Shown: piece by piece, positions 24,990 to 38,462 of the stretch
How the letters are laid out: each line of letters begins with the position of its first letter
Position numbering within the stretch: the first letter of the stretch is position 1
Assembly: GCF_006345805.1 (NCBI RefSeq)
Contig: NC_043003.1
Coordinates: 10,106,001 to 10,170,000 of the forward strand
From: Octopus sinensis
Lineage: Eukaryota
Direction: 5' to 3'
DNA: 64,000 nucleotides
Translations under genes and position numbers: made by a program
The notes under the pieces: model-generated
What the model was told of the DNA's origin: nothing
Database searches by the model: none
Seen by the model: the letters and a program-made list of their open reading frames with translations, nothing else

Positions 24990-25650
24990 TTCTTTTCTAC
25001 AAGGCCCGAAATTTGTGGGGAGGGGGCCAATTGATTATTTCGACCCAGTACACAACTGGTACTTATTTAATTTACCCCAAAGGATGAAAAGTAAAGTCGA
25101 TCTCGGCGGAGTTTGAACTCAGAACGCAATGACAGACGAAATACCTATTTCTTTACTATTTACAAGGGGCTAAACACAGAGGGGACAAACAAGGACAGAC
25201 AAATGGATTATGACGATTATATTGACCCCTGTACGAAACTGGTATTTATTTGATCAACCCCGAAAGGATGAAAGGCAAAGTTGAACTCGGTGGAATTTGA
25301 ACTCAGAGCGTAGCAACAGACGAAATACCTATTTCTTTGCTACCCACAAGGGGCTAAACACAGAGGAGACAAACAAGGACAGACAGACGGATTAAGTCGA
25401 TTATATCGACCCCAGTGCGTAACTGGTACTTATTTAATCGACCCCGAAAGGATGAAAGGCAAAGTCGACCTCGGCGGAATTTGAACTCAGAACGTAATAG
25501 CAGACGAAATACCGCCAAGCATTTCGCCAGGCGTGCTGACGTTTCTGCCAGCTCGTCGCCTTCTTAAGCAAAGTCGACCTCGGTGGAATTTGAACTCAGA
25601 ACGTAGCAACAGACGAAATACCGCTCAGCTTTTATCCCGGCGTGTCATCC
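24990..25650 (-). mobile_element. Nested/tandem family B SINE multimer (about 4 units)
   Basis: Repeated Meta domain, with junctions gacgaaatac|ctatttcttt at about 25144 and 25329. Confidence 0.85.
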
Positions 25651-25914
25651 TCTTTACCATATTAAAAATAATCAGTAAGTCATAAAGAAAAAATGGTATG
25701 GAATCGAGTTCCACTGCTTTTATTCGTCAGAAATTTAATTATATTGTTTAGCACAAAGAATCAAGTGATTCTCTAAGTGATTGCTCAACTCACTAGAAAT
25801 AGCAGGTAAATGGCACTAAAAATCTAACTCTACATTAAAAAAAGGGAGGGTATATTCAATTATATAGCTCTAAAGAATTCTTCTGCAAATGATGGTCATA
25901 ACTTTGATGATAAG

Positions 25915-26470
25915 TGATTTCTACTCTAAGTACAAGGCCTGAAATCTTTTGAGGAGGTGCCAGTCGATTAGATTGACCACGATATGCAACTGGTACTTTA
26001 TTTATCGACATCGAAGGGACGAATGGCAAAGACGATATCGGCAATATTTGAACTCAGAACATAAAGACAGACGAAAGACTGCTGTGCATTTCACCTGACG
26101 TGCTAACGTCTCTGCCAGCTCGCCTCTTTTAAAATATTCTTTTCTTCTCTAGGTACAAGGCTCGAAATTTTGGGGGAAGGGCCAGTCGATTAGATCGACC
26201 CAATACTCAACTGGTATTTGATTTATCGACCCCGAAGGGATAAAATGCATAGTCGACCTCAGCGGAATTTGAACTCAGAAGACAGACGAAATAACTATGA
26301 TGATAATTCTTTTCTACTCTTGGCACAAAGCCCGAAATTTTTGAGGAGGGAGCCAGTCGATTAGATCGACCCCAGTACTCTGATACTTAATTTATCGACC
26401 TCAAAAGGATAAAATGCATAGTCGACCTCGGCGGAATTTGAATTCAGAACGTTGAATTATCAAGACGAAA
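25915..26470 (-). mobile_element. Three tandem family B SINEs (tail type 1)
   Basis: Repeated ttctactct.ggtacaagg...gtcgattagatcgacccc units. Confidence 0.8.
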
Positions 26471-27519
26471 TAACTTTGATAATTCTATCAAATCAAAGAT
26501 GCCTTTGAGTAAAACAACAAAGCAATATATCTTTCTTTTAAGCAGCTAATGTCCTTGTCCAATTCACGAACTTTTACATTACTTGACTCTATCAGAGATA
26601 AAGCTTTATAACTCCTCAAAACAAATTATGATAAATTGGAATTGTATGTACTCCGTTTCATGCCTTTTCGTACTACAGGGAAATACATTACAAAGAAACT
26701 AACCAGAGTTTGAACAGAATCTTTTAACGAGCAGACTTCCGAATATCAATCTTGGTTTGAAGTTTTTAACTTCGATCAGAAAGGGAATGAAAAATTAATG
26801 CTTGTCAACTATTGGCCCTTGCTTGTCAAATACAATTTGTCATTGCGTAGAATTAACTACATCCTTATAATAGATGTACGCCACGCTATACTCATGTATT
26901 TAAGAAAACTGGACTGCTGTTTTGTGGTTCTAAAAAACCTCTTTCAGATGGTTTTTACTGTACTTCATATGCTTGTTGTATATCGAGACGGCCACTATGC
27001 AAATAATAAACACACTCACTGGTCCTATTTCAATTTTTCATTTGTGGTGAGGAAAAGACTTTTACAAACTTAGCTGATTTACTGACTGATTGATGAACGA
27101 TTTATGAAACAAATGATTTAATCCGTTAAATGGTTAACCAATCAATCGACAAATAAATATAAAAAGGTGAAATGTAACCAGCGCGTGTGTATATTATTGG
27201 CATAATCAACCTCACGAGACACAACAAAATACATTTTAACATACTAATTGTTTCAACTGCTTTTAACTTTTTACAAGTTTCGCTAAATTTTATAGGGATA
27301 TTCAAAGTGAATATATTTTCCAGTTCTGTTAACTCTGCTGAGGCTCAACTGTTAACATATTCTTTGTTGTTGATGTTTGCAAATTTTTTAATAGGTATCT
27401 TTAAGGTTTACGAGCTGACGGAATCATGAATACTTTGGGGAAAAAATGTTTAACGACATTTCTTTAAAATACGTCAAGCTCTACCTCGGCATTCATCGCT
27501 TCGAGTTTTATCAAATAAA

Positions 27520-27910
27520 CTAACAGTATCGACCGGCGTTGTTCGGGTGTGTTTCGACTCTGTAGAATTGGAATTTTTGAAAAGTAAAAATTTTGCATTA
27601 TGTATCTTGTTATTCTCTTTAAGTGAACATTTTTCTAGTTGAAATACACCGAAGAATGCGACACAGCAGTCAAAAAATCGTAAACAATAGGGATTTTCAT
27701 AGAAAAAAAGCACCTTTTTGATGTAAATAATTTTTGGCGTTAACATGGTCCGATTTGAACTTTGTCTTCTACAGAAAGAAGAGCAAGCCTTCTTCTATCA
27801 TACTTTCAACTTTTGTCAACTTGCGCTGCAGGGTCTCGGAGGAGATAGTGTTAGTTGAAGGCTACCAAACCTGCCATACACAGACAACTGCAGCTCTATA
27901 TATATAGAGA
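27520..27910 (-). mobile_element. Non-autonomous Helitron (older copy; terminal CTAG mutated)
   Basis: Homologous over its length to 50281-50708 and 59693-60088. Confidence 0.8.
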
Positions 27911-29089
27911 TATATAATGGATTTCTTATTTATTCTTTATACCTTTCCGCTAACTCAAACGGGATATATGCTAATCGCTTCTGTGCTTTGTCAGACGACG
28001 AATATATGTTCCTTATACATTCGATTTATTAGTCCGAGATATTGAGGAACTGCTGGTGTTTCGAGATTTATGTGTCTCGTCAACCAGAAGCACTACCAGA
28101 CTAAAGAATCTAAGAAGAGCTGATGTTTTTCTTTATAACATCGGCATTTAAATTATTTGCTGATGCACGCTGATATCCACCAACGGATTACATATCGTCA
28201 TGTGAAAGGTGGCGATTTAAATCATGGTTTAAAAGTTAAGCCGCGATTTAAACTGTCAGTAGTTCTCAGCCGAAATCCATATGAACCCTGGACGTCCATA
28301 TAAGAATTTAAGTGGCCCAAGCGAGCAAATAGCAATTTGGGGATCAACAATAGTATTTTAAGGGTCCATGATTAAATTTTGCATTAGATGTATTTATTGC
28401 AAGAAAGATCAGGGTTACTTTTTCTAATGTTTTACATAGTTCAACCTGTTTCTGGTAACAGAAATATGTTCTCTTAGAGAGACAGACCATTTTCCTGCCA
28501 TAAACTAATAACTAAACCGATAGAAAATAAATCATGGCGGTGCTCCAGCATGGGCGCAGTCCTACGACTGAAACTTTTAAAGGAATAAGAGAGAGTTATT
28601 AAGCATCAAATTACTATGAGGACGTAGTGTCTACTAGAATGAAATTGTAACCATTGGTAAGAAATGGTTGTGAACCCCTGAAATAAAAGAAATACGTCCA
28701 TCGTATATTTTCGTACAACATTCTGATTTGAAACCCAGTAGAAGAGCTTGCCATACCCCTGAGAAGCTCCTGCAGTTTCTACCTTCGACAAAGCGTATCA
28801 GAAGGCTTATTTTGAGGAAGGTACAAGCAAAGGGCTTCATCCCAGTTGTTCTATAGAGTCTCTCCTGCTTTTACAAAAATTTACATTGCGCCGGGTCGAA
28901 AAATATATAAATGTGCGTCGATTTATATAACATTTCACAATTTATATATTTGCAATCACTACCACCCCTCTCTCTCTCTCTCCCCGTCGCCGCTCCCTTC
29001 GTTTCATCCAGTTTCTTATCGTATAACATGAAAACTTTTTTCTTTTGTAATAGGTATTGTAAACATTTCTAAAATGAATGTATACATTG

Positions 29090-29263
29090 CAATATATATA
29101 TGAATGTATGGATATAATATATATATATATATATAATATATGTATGTATGTATATATATATATGTATATATATATATGTATATATATATATACATATATA
29201 TACATATATATATGTATATATATATATAATATATATACATATATATACATATATATATATATG

Positions 29264-29295
<32 letters not shown>

Positions 29296-29457
29296 CATAC
29301 ATACATATATATATAAACACACACATGACATATATATATATATATATATATACACATACATATATATATAAACACACACATGGCATATATATATATATAT
29401 ACATACATACATACATATATATATATATACACACACACATACATCACATAGATGTGT

Positions 29458-29520
<63 letters not shown>

Positions 29521-30064
29521 TACATAATTGCGATAATGTTTTCTATTTTTGATGTCTGAAATTCATAAGAAGCAGCGATAGCCATTTTATTTTCATGGAT
29601 TTATTGACATCCATTTAAACTCACACACATACACACATCCAGAAGTAAACACACACAGAGGACCACGAGCACACACACACACACACATACACGCACGCAC
29701 GCACGCACGCACACACACAAACACAAATAACGTGTTTCCATATGCCTGGCTGGTTTCCCTGTCTGTATATCTGTGTTGCTCTTTAAATCTCTCCCTCTCT
29801 TCCTCTCTTCCTCTCTCTCTCTCTCACTCTCTCTCACTCTCTTCCTCTCAACATCTGTATGTCTGTTCTTCTGTTCCTTTTCTTTTTCTTCCTGGTATCG
29901 GTATATCGACAACAAATTCCTTATATCTTCCCTTCTATTTATTTCACACCCTCATCTATTTATGTACACACAACAAGCTCATATATATGTATACATGTTT
30001 GTATGTGCATGTTTATATATATACATACATATATATATATATATCTATAATATATATATATATC

Positions 30065-30100
<36 letters not shown>

Positions 30101-30336
30101 ATATATATATATATATATACTCACACATATATCAACATATTTACGCATATATATATATATATATGTGGTGTGTGTGTGTGTGTGCATGTATGCACACATA
30201 TATATTTTCCTTGTGTTCTTCGTTATGATAATTATTGACTTACGCCACTATGAGTGTGTGTGATATAAACATACATAGACGTATATACATGTACACGTGT
30301 ATACACACGTGCGTATCTATCTATGTGTCTAGCTAT

Positions 30337-30368
<32 letters not shown>

Positions 30369-30450
30369 CATATATTCACATATATATATACACACACACG
30401 CACGTACAGACACACACACAATCTCTCTCACACACACACACATATATATA

Positions 30451-30527
<77 letters not shown>

Positions 30528-30530
30528 TAT
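29090..30530. repeat. Large compound (TA)n/(TG)n/(CA)n/(TC)n microsatellite region
   Basis: Direct inspection. Confidence 0.95.
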
Positions 30531-31009
30531 ACTTAAGTGTAAACATATAAAATCCGTGCGTATGTGCAAATCTAAAAGCAACTTCATACATCTAATATAT
30601 ATTTCCGCAAGAAATATGAATATTTTTCTATATTCGTTTATATAATTATTATTGGCTCCTATGAATAATTCATTAGATTAACGGCCTTTCACAAAACCCT
30701 CTTTAGCCAAGCCCAAATAAATTATCTCTGCTCTATACATTAGGCGTTATTGTGAACCGCAGCGATATGAAGCTTCAGTTAGAGATAGCAAGCTAATCCA
30801 TATTTTGTCTTTGTCTGCTCAATAAAAAGAGATGCTGTTTGGCACTTTGATATTACCATAAATTCATTGGTATACAAGGTATCTAAATGTTTGATATGAA
30901 TGAATGCCACTGGCTGTATGAGATGTCGGTTGATCGTATCAGCTGGAGGAAAAAAAATGGTGGTGAACAGAAAGAAAACGCTAATAGAAACCGAGATCAG
31001 TGTTGGGGT

Positions 31010-31430
31010 ATTATGATGGCAGTGTTAGTGTTGTTGATGTTGTTGTTGTTGTTTTTGATTGTGGATGTAGTAGTGGTGATGATGATGGTTGTGGTGGTGG
31101 TGGTAATCATAATGGTGGTAGCGGTGGTGTTGATGATGATGATGAGGAGGAGGATGAGAATAACCATGATGACGAGGACAAAGATGACGGCTATGTCCAC
31201 GACCAGTACCACGATGCTATTGTTGCTGCTGCTGCTGCTGCTGCTGTACAGATCATCATCGCCATTTCTCATCATCATCATCATCATCATCGTTATCATC
31301 ATCATCATCGTCATCATCATCATCATAAACATGATCATCATGATCATGCCGAAGATGTACGGCCACGACTACGACGATGATGATGATGATGACGACGACG
31401 ACGACGACGATGATGATGTTGATGATGATA
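31010..31430. repeat. Trinucleotide low-complexity region (GTT/GGT/GAT/GCT/CAT/GAC)
   Basis: Direct inspection; open in several frames on both strands. Confidence 0.9.
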
Positions 31431-31789
31431 ATTAAGATAGCGGCAATGGCGGCTTTGATATAATGATGAAAAGGAAGATATTGTATAAAGATATTCGCGA
31501 AAAGTGGTTTCCAACACGGACAGAAGAGCACTCATTGAAGGGCAAGAAAACCATCAATTAAAGTACTCGTTTGTTCTAAAACACCCGAAGGATCAAAGCT
31601 ATACCTGAGCGGAATTTCTAAGTTGCAATTGAAACAATAAACCCCTTCCACAAAAGAAGATGTTTATCGATGAAATCCAATGAGAAGAAGTTCTCATTGG
31701 ATGAAATCCAATGAGAAGATAAGATTAAAACAATCCAGATTTTGATCGCTTTGTCGTCAAAAATGTGTTGCTTTAACAGATAATTTTCG

Positions 31790-32612
31790 TTTAGCTGAAA
31801 GAAATAGTTCTACTACGTCGTGAAGAGACCCAACGCAAAGCCGCTTAGCGAAATCTTCAAAGAACGGAGGTTAAAACTAGCTGGACACAAATTCCGACTA
31901 CCAGAAGAACGCCACCCGAAAACAGCTTTCAAATGGACACCAGCGGAGGGAGAAAGAAAGAGAGGGAGACCAAAATGTACATTATTTGTACGAGGGTGAG
32001 TCAAAAAGTAATGCCATTTTGTTTAGGACAGGTATAATTACCAGCACAGGAACATGTATCACACATCAAAATGAAGCTGGTCCTCTGCGGATCACATCCC
32101 TACTTCTCAAAGTAGTCACCATTTCTCTCAATAGCAATGTTCCACCTTCGAAAAATTCTGTTGCCCCGTAAAATTCTGTTGACTGTTCTTTGAACCACGT
32201 CTTCACAACAGTTTTCACTTGCTCGTCAAACCTCTTTCATGGGGCCGAAGTGATGATAGTCCAGTGATGAGGAAGTGAACACTGTAGTGAAGAAGTGGCT
32301 CAAAGAACAGTCAACAGAATTTTACGGAGCAGGGATACATGCTCTCATTCGAAGGTGGAACATTGCTATTGAGAGAAACAGTGACTATGTTGAGAAGAAG
32401 GGATGTAATCCACAGAGGACCAGCTTCGTTTTGATGCATGATACATGTTCCTGTGTTGGTAATTGTACCTGTCCTAAAAAAATGGCATTACTTTTTGACT
32501 CACCCTCGTACATTATCGCATTACCGGATGCAGAGAAAACAACACTTAACAGGAAACTGAAGCCTCATCATACTGCCCAACGTGATCGCGAGCACTGGAA
32601 GAATTTATAGCA
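31790..32612 (+). mobile_element. RTE-like LINE 3' remnant interrupted by a mariner MITE
   Basis: LSEIFKERRLKLAGHKFRLPEERHPKTAFKWTPAEGERKRGRPK before the MITE and TAQRDREHWKNL* after it, typical of the RTE ORF2 C-terminus. Confidence 0.75.
31991..32508. mobile_element. Mariner-derived MITE with inverted repeats of about 160 bp and TA TSD
   Basis: TA|cgagggtgagtcaaaaagtaatgcca...tggcattactttttgactcaccctcg|TA; contains the transposase C-terminus VKKWLKEQSTEFYGAGIHALIRRWNIAIERNSDYVEK. Confidence 0.9.
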
Positions 32613-33016
32613 ATCCAACTACATTCCTTAACCATCCTAATTAACAGAAAAGAAGAAAACGATCTTTTATGCAAAGCTATCATATCAGGATGGACTTTGC
32701 GTGCTTAAGATCATATTTGATTATTCACTCTTATATCTTTCCTTCCTAAAAAATTCCTTGAATTTTCTAATACTTTATGTGACATATAATATCTTTCGAA
32801 ACATGTAATTTGCCAATGGGCGAAGTTAAGTTGCAAAATCTTGAGGCTAAAATTTAATTTCTCTTTCTGGTGCAAAGTATGGGAAAATCAACTTCTTTTG
32901 TTGATAATGTTTCTTTTGCTGTTATTCAAGTTGCTGCTACTGCTGCTGGTCATGTAATATGACTAATTTATATAGCAATTATATAACAATTATATAACTT
33001 ATATAATAATTCGTAT

Positions 33017-33409
33017 AGGCACAGGAATGGCTGTGTGTTAAGTAGCTTGCTTACCAACCACATGGTTCCGGGTTCAGTCCCACTGTGTGGCAACTTGAGC
33101 AAATATCTTCAACTATAGCCTCGGGCCGACCAAAGCCTTGTGACTAGATTTGTAGACGGAAACGGAAAGAAGCCAGTCGTATATATGTATATATATATGT
33201 GTGTGTGTGTGTGTTTGTCCCCCTAGCATTACTTGACAACCGATGCTGGTGTGTTTATGACCCCCGTCACATAGTGGTTAGGCAAAAGAGAGCGATAGAA
33301 TAAGTACTGGGCTTACAAATAATAAGTCCCGGGGGCGATTTGCTCGACTAAAGGCGGTGATCCAGCATGGCCGCAGTCAAATGACTGAAACAAGTAAGTA
33401 AAGAGAGTA
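33017..33409 (+). mobile_element. Full-length family A SINE
   Basis: Matches 5188-5596 end to end. Confidence 0.88.
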
Positions 33410-33611
33410 TCAGTATTAACACCACACCATCACTTTGCTTCTCTGGCCATGTTGTTTTGCTTAATTTCCTTCGGTCACTGGAATGCGGCCATCCTGGTGC
33501 ACAGACATCAAAGTTGTCGAAGAAATCGACTCCAGTACTTATTTGCGAACCTGGTACTTGTTTTATTAATCTCTTTTACCAAGCTGCTAAGTTATGCGCC
33601 GTAAACAATAC

Positions 33612-33828
33612 CTATTTCTTTACTACCCACAAGGGGCTAAACATAGAGGGAACAAACAAGGACAGACAAACGGATTAAGTCGATAATATCGATCCGTGTA
33701 TGTAACTGGTATTTAATTTATTGGCCCCGAAAGGATGAAAGGCAAAGTCGACCTCGGCGGAATTTGAACTCAGAACGTAGCGGCGGACGAAATACCACAA
33801 AGCATTTCGCCCGGCGTGCTAACGTTTG
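33612..33828 (-). mobile_element. Family B SINE (tail 2) inserted into a degenerate family A SINE
   Basis: Family A remnants at about 33455-33611 and 33840-33862 flank it. Confidence 0.75.
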
Positions 33829-36800
33829 TGTTGCAAAACGAGATTCTTACCCACACAGCCATGATTTCACCTAATAAAAGAAAATATATTCCTTTCGTCT
33901 TAGACACTTATCGAAATCTTAAATTACACATAATATGAAACATTGCGTTCATTAGGAGAAACATTTCTCTTGCAAGCATTTGAATTAAGCCTCTGTCAGA
34001 AGATTCAACATTTTGAGGTGTTGTTTCCTACAGTAGCAACCTCAATGTCGCATTTCCTTTTCGGCCCTTCACTTTCCCCCACACCACCACCACCTCCACC
34101 AGTCTAGGAGGAGCATGAGATGCTTTGGTACAGCTTTCATGGCACCGCCTATTTCGCATCACTGAATTGATGTTAACTTATTTCCCAAGAGACGTTTAAT
34201 ATTTTCTCGTTTTAATGTTTGTCCCATTCTTTCTCCTTCTGTCTGTCTGTCTGTCACTCTCTCCTCCCCTCTCTCTCTCTCTTTCTTTCTCTTTCTCTTT
34301 CTCTATGTATGAGCATCTAGTTATGTTTGTATGTATATGTAATGTTTCTCTCTCTCCCCTTCTTTATCTATATGTGCATGTTTGTGTGTGTTTGCCTCTA
34401 ATACAAAATCGTATTGTCGCCAAAACAGATTTACTGTTTATTCAACCGTGCCAAATTGTCTTATTGTGGTCTGGGAGGCCTCGGAAAGCTATGAGTAATG
34501 GTTTTCCTCCTCTTCGCTCAGCCGTACAGCAAAATGAACAACGATTGAGCTTCTAAGCACCGAGCTGGCTGTCAGAGAAAATCTGTGATCAAAGTACAAT
34601 AGAATTATACAAATACGTTTCAATGTTATGGGTCAAACCGAAATCGTTCAATATATTCAAAGTGAATTTATTGTGGAAAGGAAAGAAAAAATTTCCTCAC
34701 GAGCCAGTAAAGAAAATGGTGTCCCCAAAATTATTCGGTGGTCGAATTAATTTAAATTAATTCTTTTGATCGAGCTATCTATAAAAATGACCCTTTATTA
34801 ACAGGTCTGTTCTTGTTACCACTTTTACCCCTCCGCAAAAAATCCCAAATTTTATTTAATTTGCTTTGCGTGAAGGACTGTTTCAACGAAATCGTGTCTT
34901 GCCCTTACCTTCGAAACACGGATTAGACGAAGCAGGGGCGGCTGAAGAAGGGGAATTTTCCTTGTGTTGTATGTCTTGTACTCTGTTTTTCCGTTGTTTA
35001 AAAAATATCCGTTTCCATGGGGTTTTTTTATGCTTTTGTTTCACATTGTGTTCGACGTTTTTTGGTGTCCTGTACTCATATATGCATGTATATATACATA
35101 TAGATGTAGGTACGTACATATATGTATGTATATATGCATATGTTTTATTTATTATTTTGTTATTATACCTAACTACACTCGGACAGGCAATTTCATTGGA
35201 GACAAACAGATCGACAGAGACATACGGTAGACAAGCAGCTCACACACCAACGACTATTCACAATGAGAGCAGTTCAAAATCAGTCAGCTCACGTACCTGA
35301 CATTTACAGCAGCCGACACCTCACACCGATGGCGACACAACAGCCGTTACATCTACGTGACAATACTACAAAACACAACCAGGACATCTATAAGGTTCGA
35401 CCCCATGGCCTTTGTGGTTAGCTGCTCTTACAATTTCATCCATTTCGATAACCGTTTCATCAACGGAACAGAAATGTTTTCTATATCGATCGAGAACAAC
35501 ATTCCATGCTTTCATTGGAAACACACGTTGGCTAGACTGTAACATCACACATATATGTACTTCCGCGTATTCCCGCAGACGTGCGTTGAAGGAGACATAT
35601 ATACATGCACTCACATACGCGGAATCAAATATACACACATTCATATTTTTTCATGCTGAAATTGAACACTTTTTATTTTAATTTAACAATAATTTTATCT
35701 TGCTACCAATCACACTTGTCATAGAAGCGAATACATTTTTCAGTTCTTTTGTTTATAATAGAATATATTAATTTATGCAATTTATTCTGCATTTTGTTCT
35801 ATTTTGATAGAATATATAATTTGCAACACATTCATAATCTAAAAAGAGCAATAAAAATTATCTTGGACTGTGATAAAAAAAATGGTAACTAAATATAGAA
35901 TACTAATAATATTGATAAAGTGCAAAATGTAAATTGATCAATTACTTTTTATAGGAATCTGTGAGTATTTTAAAAGTAAAAAAAAACCAAAAAACTACAG
36001 ATGACAGACAAGATACCGATATTGTTCCGTGTCTCTTTTCTCCAAATGAAGTTATTGAAAATTACTGAAATCGCATTCATTTTATAGGGATATTCGAAGT
36101 GAATATATTTTACAGTTCCATTTACCATGTTGAGGCTCAACTGTTAACACATTTTTCTTGTTTATGTTCACATTAATATGTATCTTTAAGGTTGCGAGTT
36201 GACGGAATGGTGAGTACGTCGAAAAAATATATATATATTTAACGACTTTTTGTCTGGTTCTACATCGTGACATAAAATCCGTCAAGCTCAACATCGGCTT
36301 TCATCGTCTCAAGTTTTATTAAATGAATTTACAGTGGTGTCCCAGCAAGACCGCAGCATTAAAACTGAAACAATTTAAAGAAAGGTCAAATAATGGTATC
36401 GAAGTAATCGACGTGTCCCTCGCTTAACAAATGCTGACTCTGAGCCAAAAACTTTTGAGAGGAATTGTTTCGCCTTATTTCTCTTCAAGAAGAAACCTCT
36501 GCTCATATCGCAATGGTATTATCCGTCCGAATATACTTGATGCCCGTTCTTACTGGAGAACAAGCTACGCACTGCGTTTTGTCGGTGTCATCTGCCTAGA
36601 GTCTGTGGCTGATAAGGAGATAACTACTCCGAAATGCTAGCAATTCAAAGTCTAGGTAGATGGCAATGGAGCTGATCTAGGTCTACACATACCATTTGTC
36701 AACAAGCGAAACATATATTCTCCGTGACAAAATGCAGTGAGTGGCTTGTTCCTCATTTCGAACGTTCATCAAGAATATTCGAACTGGTAATAAAATTGCA

Positions 36801-37165
36801 ATTTCATTCATCACTGCTTAGCGCTCCCCTTCCGTAATTCTGTTCATGCCATAAGGGAGTTGAGCTGGCAGAAACGTTAGCACGCCGGGCAAAATGCTTA
36901 GCGATATTTCGTCTGTATTTAAGTTTTGAGTTCAAATTCCGCCGAGGCCTTTCAACCTTTAGAATAAATTAAGTGCCAGTTGTGTACTGGGGTTTATCCA
37001 ATCGACTGGCCGACTCCCCAAAAATTCCAGCCCTTATGCCTAGAGTAGAAAAGCATTCTGTTCATATCTACTGACTTAAAAAAAAAAAGAAAAACGAAAC
37101 AAGGCAATCTTTTTTAATGTAGTCTTAGATATATTGTGTCTGAAAAATAGATGGGATGGTCGTAG

Positions 37166-37466
37166 TTTGTTCCTTCTCGCGCCACGCCTGGCTCATTAGG
37201 GCCGGTTTCCCGGTTTCCTTGGCGTACAGGTTCCCCACCTGGACGGGAGGCCGGTCCGTCGCAGGTGAGCTGCAAGATACTGGAGGAAAGAGTGAGAGAA
37301 AGTTGTGGCGAATGAGTCTGCAGAAGTTCGCCATTACCTTCTGCCGGAGCCGCGTGAAACCTAGGTGTATCGCTTATAAACACACACATCGCCCGGTCTG
37401 AGATTCGAATCCGCGATCCCTCGACTACGATTCCGCTGCTCTATCCACTAGGCCATGTGCCTCCAC
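37166..37466 (-). mobile_element. Full-length family C (V-like) SINE with 13-bp TSD
   Basis: Reverse-complement homolog of 22424-22728; TSD gggatggtc(g/a)tag at 37153-37165 and 37467-37479. Confidence 0.88.
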
Positions 37467-38099
37467 GGGATGGTCATAGGCTGAATGCTATTTCTTATAG
37501 GTATACTCACTTTGGGCTGACCTCGTAGCTAAACAATAGCATAGGAAATTACGATAGCTAATAAAAGAAAACCTTTACTTGCAACTCGACACATGCTGTA
37601 AAATGCGGAAGACATTAAGCTGGACTCTCAAAAGTGTTAATCTGTGCGTTTTTTAAATATTTCTTTTATGATTGTACAGAATTTGTTCAATGAGATTTAG
37701 AATGAGATTTAGATTGTAGTTAGATCTAAGTGGAGGTTAATAGATGGCCTACAATATTTGTCAGTGTGGTGTCGGAGGGAAGGGGCCTACATGCGTGCAT
37801 GTGTTTGTGTTTGTGTGGGCGTGCGTGTGTGTGTCAGTGTATCTATATGTTTGTGTGTGCGTGTGTGTCAGTGTATCTGTATGTTTTTGTGTGCATGCAT
37901 ATGTACGTGCGTGCACGTGACTGTGTGAGTCTATGTGTGTGTGTGCATGCGTGTGTTTGTGTGAATGTGCGAACGTATGTGCGTGCGTGTATGTGTATGT
38001 GTATACGTGTTCATGTATGTGTGTGTGTGTGTGTGTGCATGCGTGTGCGTGTGAGAGTGTGCGTGTGTGTCAAGACCTCAAGTTTTAGGGGTGGGTGCA

Positions 38100-38462
38100 G
38101 TGGATTAGAGCGACCCTAGTACGCAACTGGTACTTAATATACCGACCCAGAAAGGCTGAAAGGCAAGGTCGAACTCAGTACGTAAAGACACACAAAGCAC
38201 TGCTAAGCATTTCGCCCAGCATGCTAACGTTTCTTATTTCTTTACTGCCCACAAGGGGCTACACACAGAGGGGACAAACAAGGACAGACAAACGGATTAA
38301 GTCGATTATAGCGACCCCAGTGCATAACTGGTACTTATTTAATCGACCCCGAAAGGATAAAAAACAAAGTCGACGGAATTTGAACCCCGAACGTAACGGC
38401 AGACGAAATATCACTAAGCATTTTGCCCGGCGTGCTAACGTTTCTGCCAGCTCGCCGCCTTG
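38100..38462 (-). mobile_element. Family B SINE nested in another family B SINE
   Basis: Junction gctaacgtttc|ttatttctttactgccc at about 38232. Confidence 0.8.

Noticed and set aside
24990-26470. CRISPR-like array of repeated units
   Set aside because: The units are 150-230-bp SINE copies in a eukaryotic context, with no repeat-spacer structure or cas genes.
30887-31535. His/Asp/Ala/Gly-rich ORF that resembles a transcription-factor low-complexity exon
   Set aside because: Open in multiple frames on both strands because it is a trinucleotide repeat mosaic; no domain or clear splice context. It cannot be fully excluded without RNA-seq.
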